64,000 nucleotides of DNA from the human T2T-CHM13v2.0 reference genome, Homo sapiens: NCBI RefSeq assembly GCF_009914755.1, contig NC_060935.1; one strand, written 5' to 3'. This document shows, piece after piece, positions 16,909-27,569 of this stretch. Position 1 is the first letter of the stretch; each line of letters begins with the position of its first letter. The position numbers and the translations under genes were made by a program. A model generated the notes under the pieces. That model was not told the origin of the DNA and searched no databases. It saw nothing but the letters and a program-made list of their open reading frames with translations.

Positions 16909-17308
16909 TCGTCTTAGTTAATTTTGTGTTGCTATAACAGAATACCTGAAAATGGGTGGTTTAATAAGAACACAGATTTGTTTCTTACAGTTCTGGAGGC
17001 TGGGCAGTCCAAGGTTCAAGGACCCATATCTGGCAAGCACTTTCTTGCTGCTTTATCCCATGTTGGCAGACAAAAAGGCGAGCAAATATGTGTGCGAGAG
17101 AGAAAGGAAAGGGGCTGAACTCATCTTTTTTACTAGAAGCCCACTCCTGCCATAAGTAACCCATTTCCATTATAATATAATTAATCTATTCATGAGCTCA
17201 AAGCCCTTATGACCTAATCACCTCTTAAAGTCCTCCCTCTCAACACTGTTGTACTGGGGATTAAGTTTCCCACACATGAACTTTGGGGGACATATTCAAA
17301 TCATAGCA
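16909..17308 (-). mobile_element. MaLR solo LTR, MSTC/MSTD-like
   Basis: GTCTTAGT...GCTATAACAGAATACC...CAGTTCTGGAGGCTGGG...CCTAATCACCTCTTAAAG...ATGAACTTTGGGGGACATATTCAAATCATAGCA. Confidence 0.85.
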
Positions 17309-17336
17309 GATTAATTTTTAAAAATAAGCCAATGTA

Positions 17337-17612
17337 CATGCCTGTAATCCCAGCACTTTGGGAGGCCAAGGCAGGCAGATCATGAGGACAGGAGATCGAG
17401 ACCATTCTGGGTAACACAGTGAAACCCCATCTCTACTAAAAAATACAAAAAAAAAAAAATTAGCTGGGCTTGGTGGCGCACACCTGTAATCCAAGCTACT
17501 CAGGAGAATGGTGTGAACCCGGGAGGCAGAACTTGCAGTGAGCTGAGATGGCATCACAGCACTCCAGCCTGGGCAACAGAGCAAAACTCCATCTCAAAAA
17601 AAAAAAAAAAAA
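17337..17612 (+). mobile_element. 5'-truncated Alu (AluY-like) with a small internal deletion
   Basis: Begins at CATGCCTGTAATCC. The right arm lacks GCTGAGGCAGGAG between repeated CAGGAG. TSD AAGCCAAT[G/A]TA at 17326-17336 and 17613-17623. Confidence 0.88.
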
Positions 17613-17729
17613 AAGCCAATATAATCAGTAATATCAGTAATATTATTTTTCCATTATTGCTATTCTTTCTCGAGCCCTGTACCTTTTGAAATAAGGTGTT
17701 CACTGGTTTGCTGGTCTTTGCAGAGAAGT

Positions 17730-17930
17730 ATTAGATAAAAGCACTTTATAATTTGAAAAACTATGATGAACCTGGCTTTTACAGTTATTAACCCTGCAAT
17801 CTTGGGCAAATAGCTTTGCCTCTCAGAGCACTGAATTGCTAACTGATAGAAATGCAGAAAACATTTTTTAATTTGTTAATTTGTGATGAAAATTAAAGGA
17901 AATAATGTATACAAAATATTTCGTAAATGT
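17730..17930 (+). mobile_element. MIR
   Basis: TGCAATCTTGGGCAAATAGCTTTGCCTCTCAGAGC...TGTGATGAAAATTAAAGGAAATAATGTAT. Confidence 0.55.
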
Positions 17931-18739
17931 CTAACTCCAAATGTTACCTCTCTATGTCTTGTTTTGTTATCATCTCACTTTCCTCTGTGAAACAGAATGA
18001 AGTATTTCTAAGTGTGTCCTTTGGAGGCATGGATTCCTAAACATATAATACAAGTAGAAAATACAGTGAGCACTAAAAAATAGTTTTTCTAAAATTTGCA
18101 TAAGCGAACAAAAGCACAAAAATTATTCCTGATGAAAGTGATTTTCTTTAGGGGCACTGGAAAATATAGCCTCATACAAGGAAAGAAAAATTATTTTTAT
18201 TCTGATGTATAAGACATCATTTCAGAAATATATACAAATGGAGGGTGTTGCCTACAGATACACATCACTGAAGCCAGGAAGTTTTTAAGCCAAGGTAACA
18301 ATCAATGACCTCAGTTGAATTCCCGAAAGGGCTCTACATCAGTGTTAAAATGGCCATAGATAAGAAGATAATTAACTATCTGTCCTGAGAATCTATTTGA
18401 AAGAGCTGTTCTAAGTTTCTGAGAGCAAACCATTAAAAACAGAAAAGTGAAAGCAGAGAATTTGGGCTTATTCCATTCACTGGCCTCCTGTTTTCTATTA
18501 AAAGGGTTGATCGTAACTCCCTTATTTTTTGTTCTCTGCATCTTTGAACACTTGCTTGAGGGGCCAAAAAAAAAAAAAAAAAAGAAAAAAGAAAAAAAAA
18601 AAAGCAGGGGGCATAAAGTAGGAGGAGGAAGGGTCATAGTTCCAAAATATTTCCAGACCATCCCCAGACAAAGAGCAGCTCAGGTTTCGATGTCACCTTC
18701 CTCCATGATTTGTAAGCCATATCCTTAGTTTCTCTGTTC

Positions 18740-19130
18740 CTTCTCCAATACTACTTTGCTTTCAATCCTGAGCAGTTCTTCTCTGGACTATTGCAATGAT
18801 AGGTCATTTGATATTCCCAAGCTCTAGTCTGATTTTCATTTTGATTCACTTCCATATTACTCCTGGAGTGATCCTTTCGATACAAAATTTGCTCCTGAAT
18901 TCCCCCTGCTTGAAATCTTCTATAATTCTACTGCTTTCAGGATAAAGTTTAGTCTGGAAAATAAATCACTTCAAATTTTGAACCTATGTTTCCAGAGTCT
19001 TCTCTAGCCACAAAAAATTAAAACTTGAAAAACACCCTTAACTCATGAACACCATGAACTCATTTGTCCCTGTTAGATGAGAGACAAGAGCTAGGCCCTC
19101 AATACATTCTTGGTGAAGAATGAATTATTG
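18740..19130 (+). mobile_element. L2 fragment
   Basis: CTGGACTATTGCAAT...GGAGTGATCCTTTC...CCCCTGCTTGAAATCTTC...CTCAATACATTCTTGGTGAAGAATGAAT. Confidence 0.55.
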
Positions 19131-19314
19131 AATACTGGAGTTCCCAATTTCCTACTTACATTTTATCATGAAGCGGCTTATGCTTAATTCTTTTTGATGA
19201 CTCTTTCATGGAAAATCATTTCAGTGGAAGTTTTTATACATTATTTTTTGAATTGAGAAGAGATGATTACTTTCCCAGATTATTGTTTAGATCAAATCGT
19301 TTAAGTGACTTCAT

Positions 19315-19870
19315 ATACCACATATTTTGTGAGCAACTGCCAAGTGCCAGACACTGAGAATACAATGGTAAAGAAATAGATATAATATATGTCCTCTGGA
19401 ATTTATATCTTAGTTGGAAAGAGAATTAATTAAATGAATAATTTCTGTACAGGATGACGCATACTTTGATATTGACCTATTGTGTTATAGCCACTGTGCT
19501 ATACATAGTTGAGCTTATGATCTTGCCAATAAGAGATATATAGATAAAAATGCCGAATAATATTTAATCACAAATTACATAAAGGCAATGATTTTAAGAT
19601 GCAGGATAATAAGCAATCATGCAAAAGAGGTGAAGTTATTTTAGGTAGCAAGGGAAGACTTCACTGAGGAAGTGACATCTACACTGATATTTGATGGATG
19701 AGTAGGAATTAGCTGAGCTAAAACTGTAAGAAGATCATTCCAATTAAAAGAATAGCATGTGCAAATACGGAGGCAGAGAAGAGCTTGGCATATTTTAAGA
19801 ACTCAAACAAATTCAGTTCAGCTGATAAAAGATGTGAAAGTGTGGCAGCACACAGGGCTGGAATACAATT
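19315..19870 (-). mobile_element. L2 fragment(s)
   Basis: GTGCCAGACACTG...GGAAGACTTCACTGAGGAAGTGACATCT...GGATGAGTAGGAATTAGC...AATAGCATGTGCAAA. Confidence 0.7.
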
Positions 19871-19874
19871 ATCT

Positions 19875-21455
19875 TCTTAAGAATATTGACTCTTCCGGTT
19901 CCTGAATGTGGTACATCTTTCCCTTTAAGTCTTTATTTCTTCTCGGTGACATTGCTTGCCAAACTTTTCAACCTTTCAATCCATATTCTTTCTCTCTCTC
20001 TTTCTCTCTCTCCTTCCCTCCCTTCCTCCTTCTCTCCCTCCCCTTTTGTCGCCCAATTTCTCTCTGGAAATTTGAGGTATCTTTTCTTTCTCTCCAGTTT
20101 TTTGAAGTGTGACTAAAACGCAGCTCAATAGTTTTCAACCATCCAGGAATTAAAAGGGTAATTTCAATCTTGAAATTCATGTTCTTCAGTTCTGAGGATT
20201 TTTCTTAAAACATGATTTTAATAATTTATTCAATTCATTTTCTCTATTCTTTTGCAAGTTTTTCTTATTCTAATGCTGGGAAATCCCAGAGCAGTTCTCC
20301 AGTTTTCTTGTGTTTTCTCTCCTCTATTCTATTCCTTTGCCTTTTTGTTTTACATTTTTAGATATTTCCTCGATTTGTTTCTTCATACCCTTCTATTAGA
20401 TGTTTTATTTGTTACATATGCTTTCATTTTAAGACCTTATTATATTCCTTTGTGGAATATAATAATGTAAATATTATTTATAATTACATTATTTATAATA
20501 ATGTAAATAATGTAAAATGCTTCCTTTGTGGAAGCATTTCCTGCCACTTTTAAGGATGCTGTATATTTTGTTTTGTGTTTAAGGATATTATTATTAGTTC
20601 TTTAACTTTCCACCTCCCTGAAGAGTTTCTATATCCTTCAGTATTTTAAGTTTACTGGTTTTGTGCTCTGTCTTCAGTGTTAGAAGTTTTCCTCAGATGT
20701 ACTAGTGATGTGAAATGGTCTCTTCATAATTAATGTTAGGGGATTTCAAAAAAAAAAAGACTAGAGACTGTGTCTGTGAGTGGGACCTGTCTATTGTAGA
20801 TTTTACATCAGGAAGTACTACTGACTAGGATGCTCTCTGGCTGATCACCCATGTTGAGCTGGTTTCATGGGTCTCAGGGAAGGAGATACTCCCACTTTCC
20901 TGCATAGAGAGAAACTTCTGGCTACCTGCATTCTAGGATCCCAACTGGAGAAGAGAACTTGGGCTATCAACATTTAGTTTGTAAAAGTTTTCTTATTTCC
21001 ACATTTCAGTATAGTGCCTTGCCTCTCACCTGATGTTGGGACCTTCAATCCAGAGATCCTCTTTTTCACCCTGTACTCTGGATACGTTTCAACTCTTTGG
21101 CTAACTAGATAGGATTCTGGGGATGCTTATTGCTTAAACAAACTTTTTATTATTCTTGCTTCTTTTGGTCCTACGATCATTCCATCTTCCAGAAGTAACT
21201 GCTATCACAGATTTCCGAGCTTTTGGAAGGTTCTATACTGCATATTGGTTTACTCCTTGGCTGAGAATTTGGCTTTCTTTGTAATTTAGTTACTACTTGT
21301 CCATTTTAAAATTTGTGTTGCTATCATCTCTTCTTGCATTCCTTCGGTCTTTGTAAGATTTAAGGGCAATGTTTCTTTATTCTATTTGGAAGCATTAAGA
21401 AAAAAAAACCCTGAAATTAAATGTCAGTGTTCAATCTGCTGTCAGTATTGGAAGT
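19875..21455 (-). mobile_element. Degraded ancient L1M/HAL1-type fragments, T-rich on the plus strand
   Basis: AATATTGACTCTTCC..TTCCTGAATGTGG is a reversed ORF2 motif. TTCAATCTGCTGTCAGTATTGGAAGT at ~21430-21455 resembles the reversed 5' end of an L1ME-type element. Boundaries are approximate. Confidence 0.4.
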
Positions 21456-21666
21456 TGTTCTGATTGGCTTTTGTGGACTTCACAGAATTTTCTGGTGGCG
21501 GGGGAGAAGGACTGAGGATATTAGCAGTCTTCGATGAACATACAAGGAACTACCAGAGCTAGATTACATGGAAAGATTCTTTTATTCCTTGGAATCGCTA
21601 TATGAATTGCTCTCCTCCCCACCATCCTGTACACAAGCACTGTGGCTTATTTAGAAAGCTGTAAAT

Positions 21667-22012
21667 CAGTAGCCTCCAACTTTACTGGCACCAGGGACCA
21701 GTTTCATGGAAGACAATTTTTCCACAGGACAGTGGGGCGGGGCAGGGGGGTGGTTTCAGGGCAAAACTGTTCCACCTCAGATTATTAGGCATTACATTCT
21801 CATAAGTAGTATGCAACCTAGATTTCTTGCATCTAGAGTTAATAATAGGGGTTTTACGCTCCTATGAGAATCTAATGCTACCACTGATCTGACAGGAGTC
21901 ACAGTTCAAGTAGAATGCTCACTTGCCCACTGCTCACTTCCTGCTGTGTTGCCTGGTTCCTAACAGGCCACAGACCTGTACTGGCCCTTGGCCTGGCGGT
22001 TGGGGACCCCTG
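21667..22012 (+). mobile_element. MER1B (hAT-Charlie non-autonomous DNA transposon), full length
   Basis: CAG...TGGCACCAGGGACCAGTTTCATGGAAGACAATTTTTCCAC...GTTGGGGACCCCTG; 8-bp TSD CTGTAAAT (21659-21666) / CTCTAAAT (22013-22020). Confidence 0.93.
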
Positions 22013-24937
22013 CTCTAAATAATTTACCAGTACCTACATATGGATATGTGTGTGTGTGTAGACGGGTATGCATATGTATATGGCAAACTGAGGTTTCTTA
22101 ACTACCATCATCTTTTATGAGTCATATTTCATATTGCATGTTCATTTTCAGAGTAACATATACTACATGCATAGTCATATTTATAAATCTAAACATGTTT
22201 TAATTTTAGATATATAACACAGATGAGTTAATATTTATGAGCTCATGTGAAAACTTCACTAAGCACGAAGTTTGCAACTAAGTACCCTGCACATTTCTTA
22301 GTGCCTTGGTCTGCCGTGTTTTCTTTTTTTTAGTTTTTCATGTGCAAGTCTTTATTTTTATTACCTATCTGATGGCTATTTAACTTATGCTAAGGATCAT
22401 CTCAGTTATTTCAGTTAACAGGATAAAATCAACTACACTGGATCCTGAACTTTTTTTTTTTTGAGTTAAGGTTTGTTATTTTCTTAAGTACTGCTGAATT
22501 TTTTCTTTGTTGATGTATATTGTTTTTGTGAACACCCCTCAAATAAGATTGAAACAGTTTTGCTATTTCATCCATATTATCAGTTGCCTTCAGTTTTTCC
22601 TCTAGGGGTACTATATTTACATTAGCCCAATCTGCTCAGAAATACCAGAGACAGTCTTTACTTTCCTTACTTGCCACTCTACCATCTTCATTATATTGAG
22701 AAATGAGTTATGTCTTAAATCAGCAAATCAACATTTTCTATGACTTTTATCAAGATGAGGGAATAGATATTTGACATACAGTGTGGGTGTCTCTTGTAAA
22801 AGAAATTGACAACACAAATCACAAGTGGGATGCAACTAATGCTAGAGAGCTGCTTTATGTTTTAAATATGAATAAATCTCTCAAAATATGAAAGTGGAAA
22901 GACAAGCTGGACTCAAATGATTACAGCTTTTAGAATTAAAATAAATTAGGGCAAATACTGGCTCTAACCACAAGAGAGATTATCACTGTTTGCCTATTTC
23001 TGAAGGAACCCTCAAGGAAATTAAGGTGGCTTGGGTTTTAGTGCAAATAACACTACATGTTTTCTTTAATATTTCCATTTCTCCTTAATTCATTTCACCT
23101 GTTAACACAAGGCATGCCCAAACATTACTCTAAACATTAACCAAACTCCATGTTCTAAGTAAGAAATAAAATGCATTATATTTTTTTGGACAGTCACTGG
23201 GTTATGTAGGAAGAAGTAATTATTTTTATATAAAAGAAAATGATGAATCTCACTCTAGGTGTTAAGCTGGTGTTAAGAGGTGTTTTCTTCTAGAATAATA
23301 TCCTTAAAGGTATATGAACAAATGCGGGAGGTCTTGAATGGTAGTTCGCAGAGACCATTATGATGTCAAAATAATGTAAGGCCAACAGAGTATTGACAGT
23401 TCAATTTTCAGTTTTAGCAATTTTTAAGCAAAACAAATTACCATAAATTACTGTCATCTAATACAAGAAAGAGTATTTTACTTACCAAAATAAAAAAGAT
23501 GGTTTCTTCATTGTACTTACCAAAATTAAGTATTAAATATTTAGTACATATTTGCTGTTTTTCTTAGACCCTAAGTTCTGTAGGAATTAGTGATGAAAAA
23601 TAATTTTTAAAATAAAGGCCATTATCAACTACAAATACACAGACACACATGTATGTACAAATAATTATATATATAATTATTTTATTTATTTATTTTTCTT
23701 TTATTTTGGACCTTTGAAAATTTCATTAAAGCCTTCCAAGGGCCAATGGACCAGCATCTGGTAGCCACTAGTCCAATGGGTATTAGGTAACTGATGTCCG
23801 TTTTCCACCATCTGGACATATTGTCACTGGTGACTGTCATATATGTACTGGACAAGAAGGATTAAATGGCATAATGCCCATAAAAAGCATTTTGTAATCT
23901 TTAAAGCACTAAATAAATATAAGGAATTAGTACTGTTATGGTTATGATATTGCCTCAGAATGCATGGTAACAAATTCTAACCTGAAAAAAAATCCCTTTA
24001 TCTACTTAAAAATCACAAGACTATGTAGACTTTTAGGAATAAAATTTTCCCATAGGAGTGGTAATCACCAACTTTTTCAATTGTTTTGCTACATAATCCA
24101 GCCTGCTATAGAAACTTCAAAAATGGAAAAGTGGAAGTGTCAGGCTATAACAATCTCTTGAGATGTCATATTAAATGTAAATACATCTTGAAAGTTTCTT
24201 GGCATATCATTAGAGCAAGATTCTACTGTAGGAAGCAAGAGGTTTATTTGTAATGGAGTATTTTTTTTAAACAGCACCGTCTTCTCTGGCTAAATAAGCA
24301 ATTTGTACAAATGACAAATGTGTTTATTTTGCTTGAGAAATGAGGACATCTGAACGCCAGTTATTTACAAACCTCTATGTAAATAACTTCAAATGCAAGA
24401 CCTATGTAAGTAATTTAATCAATGTGCTAAGGGCAGTGCCATTCACCTCTCCTGTAATTGCATCACCCTCACCTACTGACCTCATCTGGCACTACTCCAC
24501 ATCAGCAATGTTACATTTTCCTCCCTTAATCTTCCAGCACACTTCATCTTTCTGGATGTCTAGTCACACATCCTTACATGCATACTCATATTTCACAGAG
24601 ATTTCTAGACCTCATATTTCATGGAGATTTCTAGATCTTTTAGTTTTTAGTTTTCTACAAATATGTTATGCTCTTCTTGCTATGTAAACTTTGCTTTAGG
24701 ACAAATGAAGAGTCAGCTAGTTCCCCTGCTTACGCCATTTTCATTTCACCCTAACACTCTTTGAACAGCTGACTGTGCTTATTTTGTACCAGAACATAAA
24801 ACTACTCACTTGGTTGGTTGTTTGAATCCTGCTGCTTCTTCCAGACCTGCTATTTTGATCTCAGATGATTCCAGGATTCTAAATGAGAAACTTTAAAAAA
24901 TCCTATCTGCTAAAATATGGATTAAGGTTTCTTCAGC

Positions 24938-25500
24938 TTATTTATTTCATTAGGTGCTTATTTTGTACCAGGTATTCTTTATAGTGACATAGGATAGAGC
25001 AGTAAACAAAATCCCTTTCCTCATGGAGCTTACCTTCTAGCATAGACTAGAGAGACAATAAACCAAATAAATAAGAAATTTTGTAGCAAATGTGCTACAT
25101 GTTATAAGGCAATACATATTATTGACAAAAATAAAGTGGGTGGGGGGTAAAGACTATCAATGGTAGGGTATGTTTCATGTTTAAATGTGATGGTCAGAGA
25201 TGTTTCAGTGAGAAGGTAACATCTGAGTGAAGATTTTACGTGACAAATCTATTGATGTTGATATCTGGGGGAAGGTTGTTTCAGGCAAAGAGAACAGTAA
25301 GTGCAAAAGCCCTGAGGTGGAAGTGAGACTAGGAACAGCAAGAAGACCACTGTGGCTAAAGTGAATTGGGACAGGGGAGGAGCAACAGGACATGGATGAG
25401 AAAGGCAGAAGAGGTATGTGTTAATCTGGTAACATAGTGTAAGACTGTGGGTTTTACTGTAAATAAATGGCAAGTAAATTAGATGGATTGTTAGAGGAGA
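24938..25500 (-). mobile_element. L2a 3' region
   Basis: CTCATGGAGCTTACCTTCTAG...GAGACAATAAAC...GAGAAGGTAACATCTGAG...GAACAGTAAGTGCAAAAGCCCTGAGGTGG...GGAACAGCAAGAAGACCACTGTGGCT. Confidence 0.8.
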
Positions 25501-25639
25501 AAAAAGATAAACTCGTATACTTTAGTTACCATCTAAACCAGAATCCAGATATAATTGTTTTGTGTTCCTTGAGATATAGGTAATTGTACATTCACAACTT
25601 AGGATCCTAATTCTCATCCAATCTTATTTGTTCTAATTT

Positions 25640-27560
25640 GGGCATATATATATTTTTCTTTAAAGTGTTTACTTGGAACTGGAGATATGAGGACCCAGGA
25701 TCATGACAGGACAATATAAGAAGAAGAAAATAAGTAAATTGATAAAGACAAAAATATAAAATGTTATTTCTAAATAGTAAAATAACAAACCAATCCCATA
25801 AAAAGTAAAGAAAAGGATACTTGTTATCACAATTATTATACACCAGTGATTAAAAAATTTTAGTGAATGTAATAAATCAAGAAAATAGTATCATTAGTAT
25901 AAGGATTGGAGATAAATTGACTCAGATACTTTGTGTTAATAAAATTATTGTGCATGTTTAAAATCCAAAACTTCTGGAGAAAACTACAAATATTAAATAA
26001 GAATTTTGAATTATACAAACATTAAGTGGCTTTTCTCATTATTAGCAACAATTAGTTGGAAATCAAAAATATACTAACGAAATTACAAAGGGTGGTAATA
26101 ATTCAAGAAAACACAAAATATTTATAAAGCAATCTGTCTTTATGGCAGAATGTAAAAATAGGAATTAAATGTCTTCTCTTTTTTATTAGAATATTTAATA
26201 TCATTAAAATTTCAGCCCTCTAAATATTAATATTTAAAAACTTAATTTTATAATTAGAAAAAAATCTTAAAAAATTCTTAAAGACCAACAATATTTAAGA
26301 GAAAAACAAAATTAGTATACGAAAACTAAAAATAATTAGAGTGGCATGACTTACAAGTATTAAGTATAATAGAAAAACAATGTAATCAAAACACTATGTT
26401 GGCATGCTTGGTGGCTCATGCCTATAATTCCAACGCTTTGGGAGGACAAGGCAGGCAGATCATTTGAGGCCAGGAGTCTGAGACCAGCCTGGCCAATGTG
26501 GCAAAACCCTGTCTCTACTAAAAATACAAAATTTGGTGGGTCGCGGAAGCACATGCCTATAATCCCAGCTGCTAGGGAGGCTGAGGCGAGAGAATTGCTT
26601 GAATCTGGGAGGTGGAGGTTTCAGTGAGCTGAGATTGTGCTACTGCACTCCAACCTGGGCAACAGAGTGAGACTTGGTCTCAAAAACAAACAAACAAACA
26701 TCCACCTACTATGCTGCTACAAAAGAAAGATAAATAAAACAATAGTACCAAAGAGAGTATCTAAAATGATATAATAGTATACAGAAAATATATAATTTAA
26801 AATATGTATAATTCTAATGAAATATGAAGAAGTGTTGTTATTTCAATGGGAAAGAATTCTTTATTTACTAAATCATGCAGGCACATCTGATCATCTATCT
26901 CAAGGACCTCGCAATGCACCAATTTTAATTTAAAAAATTGTAGTTGGATTAAATGAATAAAGGTACAAAACAAGAAAACAAAACTTTGCCAGTTTTCAGA
27001 GAAATTTTTTGGATCAAAAAGAGGAGTGAAGAAGCTATAAAATAACTTTTAAATATGTATTTGATTATGTACAAGCAAAAAACGGCAAATTTAGCATAAT
27101 CAATATCCTAGAACCAAAGTATATATTGAGGGGAAATCTGTATGTCAATGATTATAAAGCCAAAGAGAAATGTGAGGAAGAGAATGTCCATATTCACATT
27201 GGTTACCTGGGGAGAAAGTAAGAAGAGACAGGAAGAAGGGAGAGGAGAAGGTAGACAAAAGGAAAAACAAACAAACAAACAAAACCACAAAAACCAAAAG
27301 AGATAATGGAAAGAAGAAAACAAAACAAATAATGGAAAAATAAAAAATATATATGCACTAGCATAATGTCTACTTATATTAATGCTACATGTTAAAAAGG
27401 ATGAATGGACATATTGCAAAGCATCAAAGAGGAAAAGGCAAATGAAAACAAAGATTTGATTTGGGGATTGGATTTTGGAAAGTATTCTTCTGACATTCTG
27501 TTATAGCAATATAGTAAAAATATATTTAAATAAAATATATTTAAAATATATTTAAAATAA
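25640..27560 (+). mobile_element. Highly degraded L1ME-type fragments, interrupted by an Alu
   Basis: A-rich ORF2-like remnants such as AATGTAATCAAAACACTATG and TTTCAATGGGAAAGAATTCTTTATTTACTAAAT, plus a 3'UTR-like GGTTACCTGGGGAG. Boundaries are approximate. Confidence 0.45.
26400..26700 (+). mobile_element. Old Alu (AluSz/J-like)
   Basis: Diverged full dimer with a (CAAA)n tail. Confidence 0.88.
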
Positions 27561-27569
27561 AAGTGAGAG

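Noticed and set aside
24585-24635. 26-bp tandem duplication with 2 mismatches
   Set aside because: The duplication is real but looks like ordinary slippage, with no motif or structural consequence I can identify.
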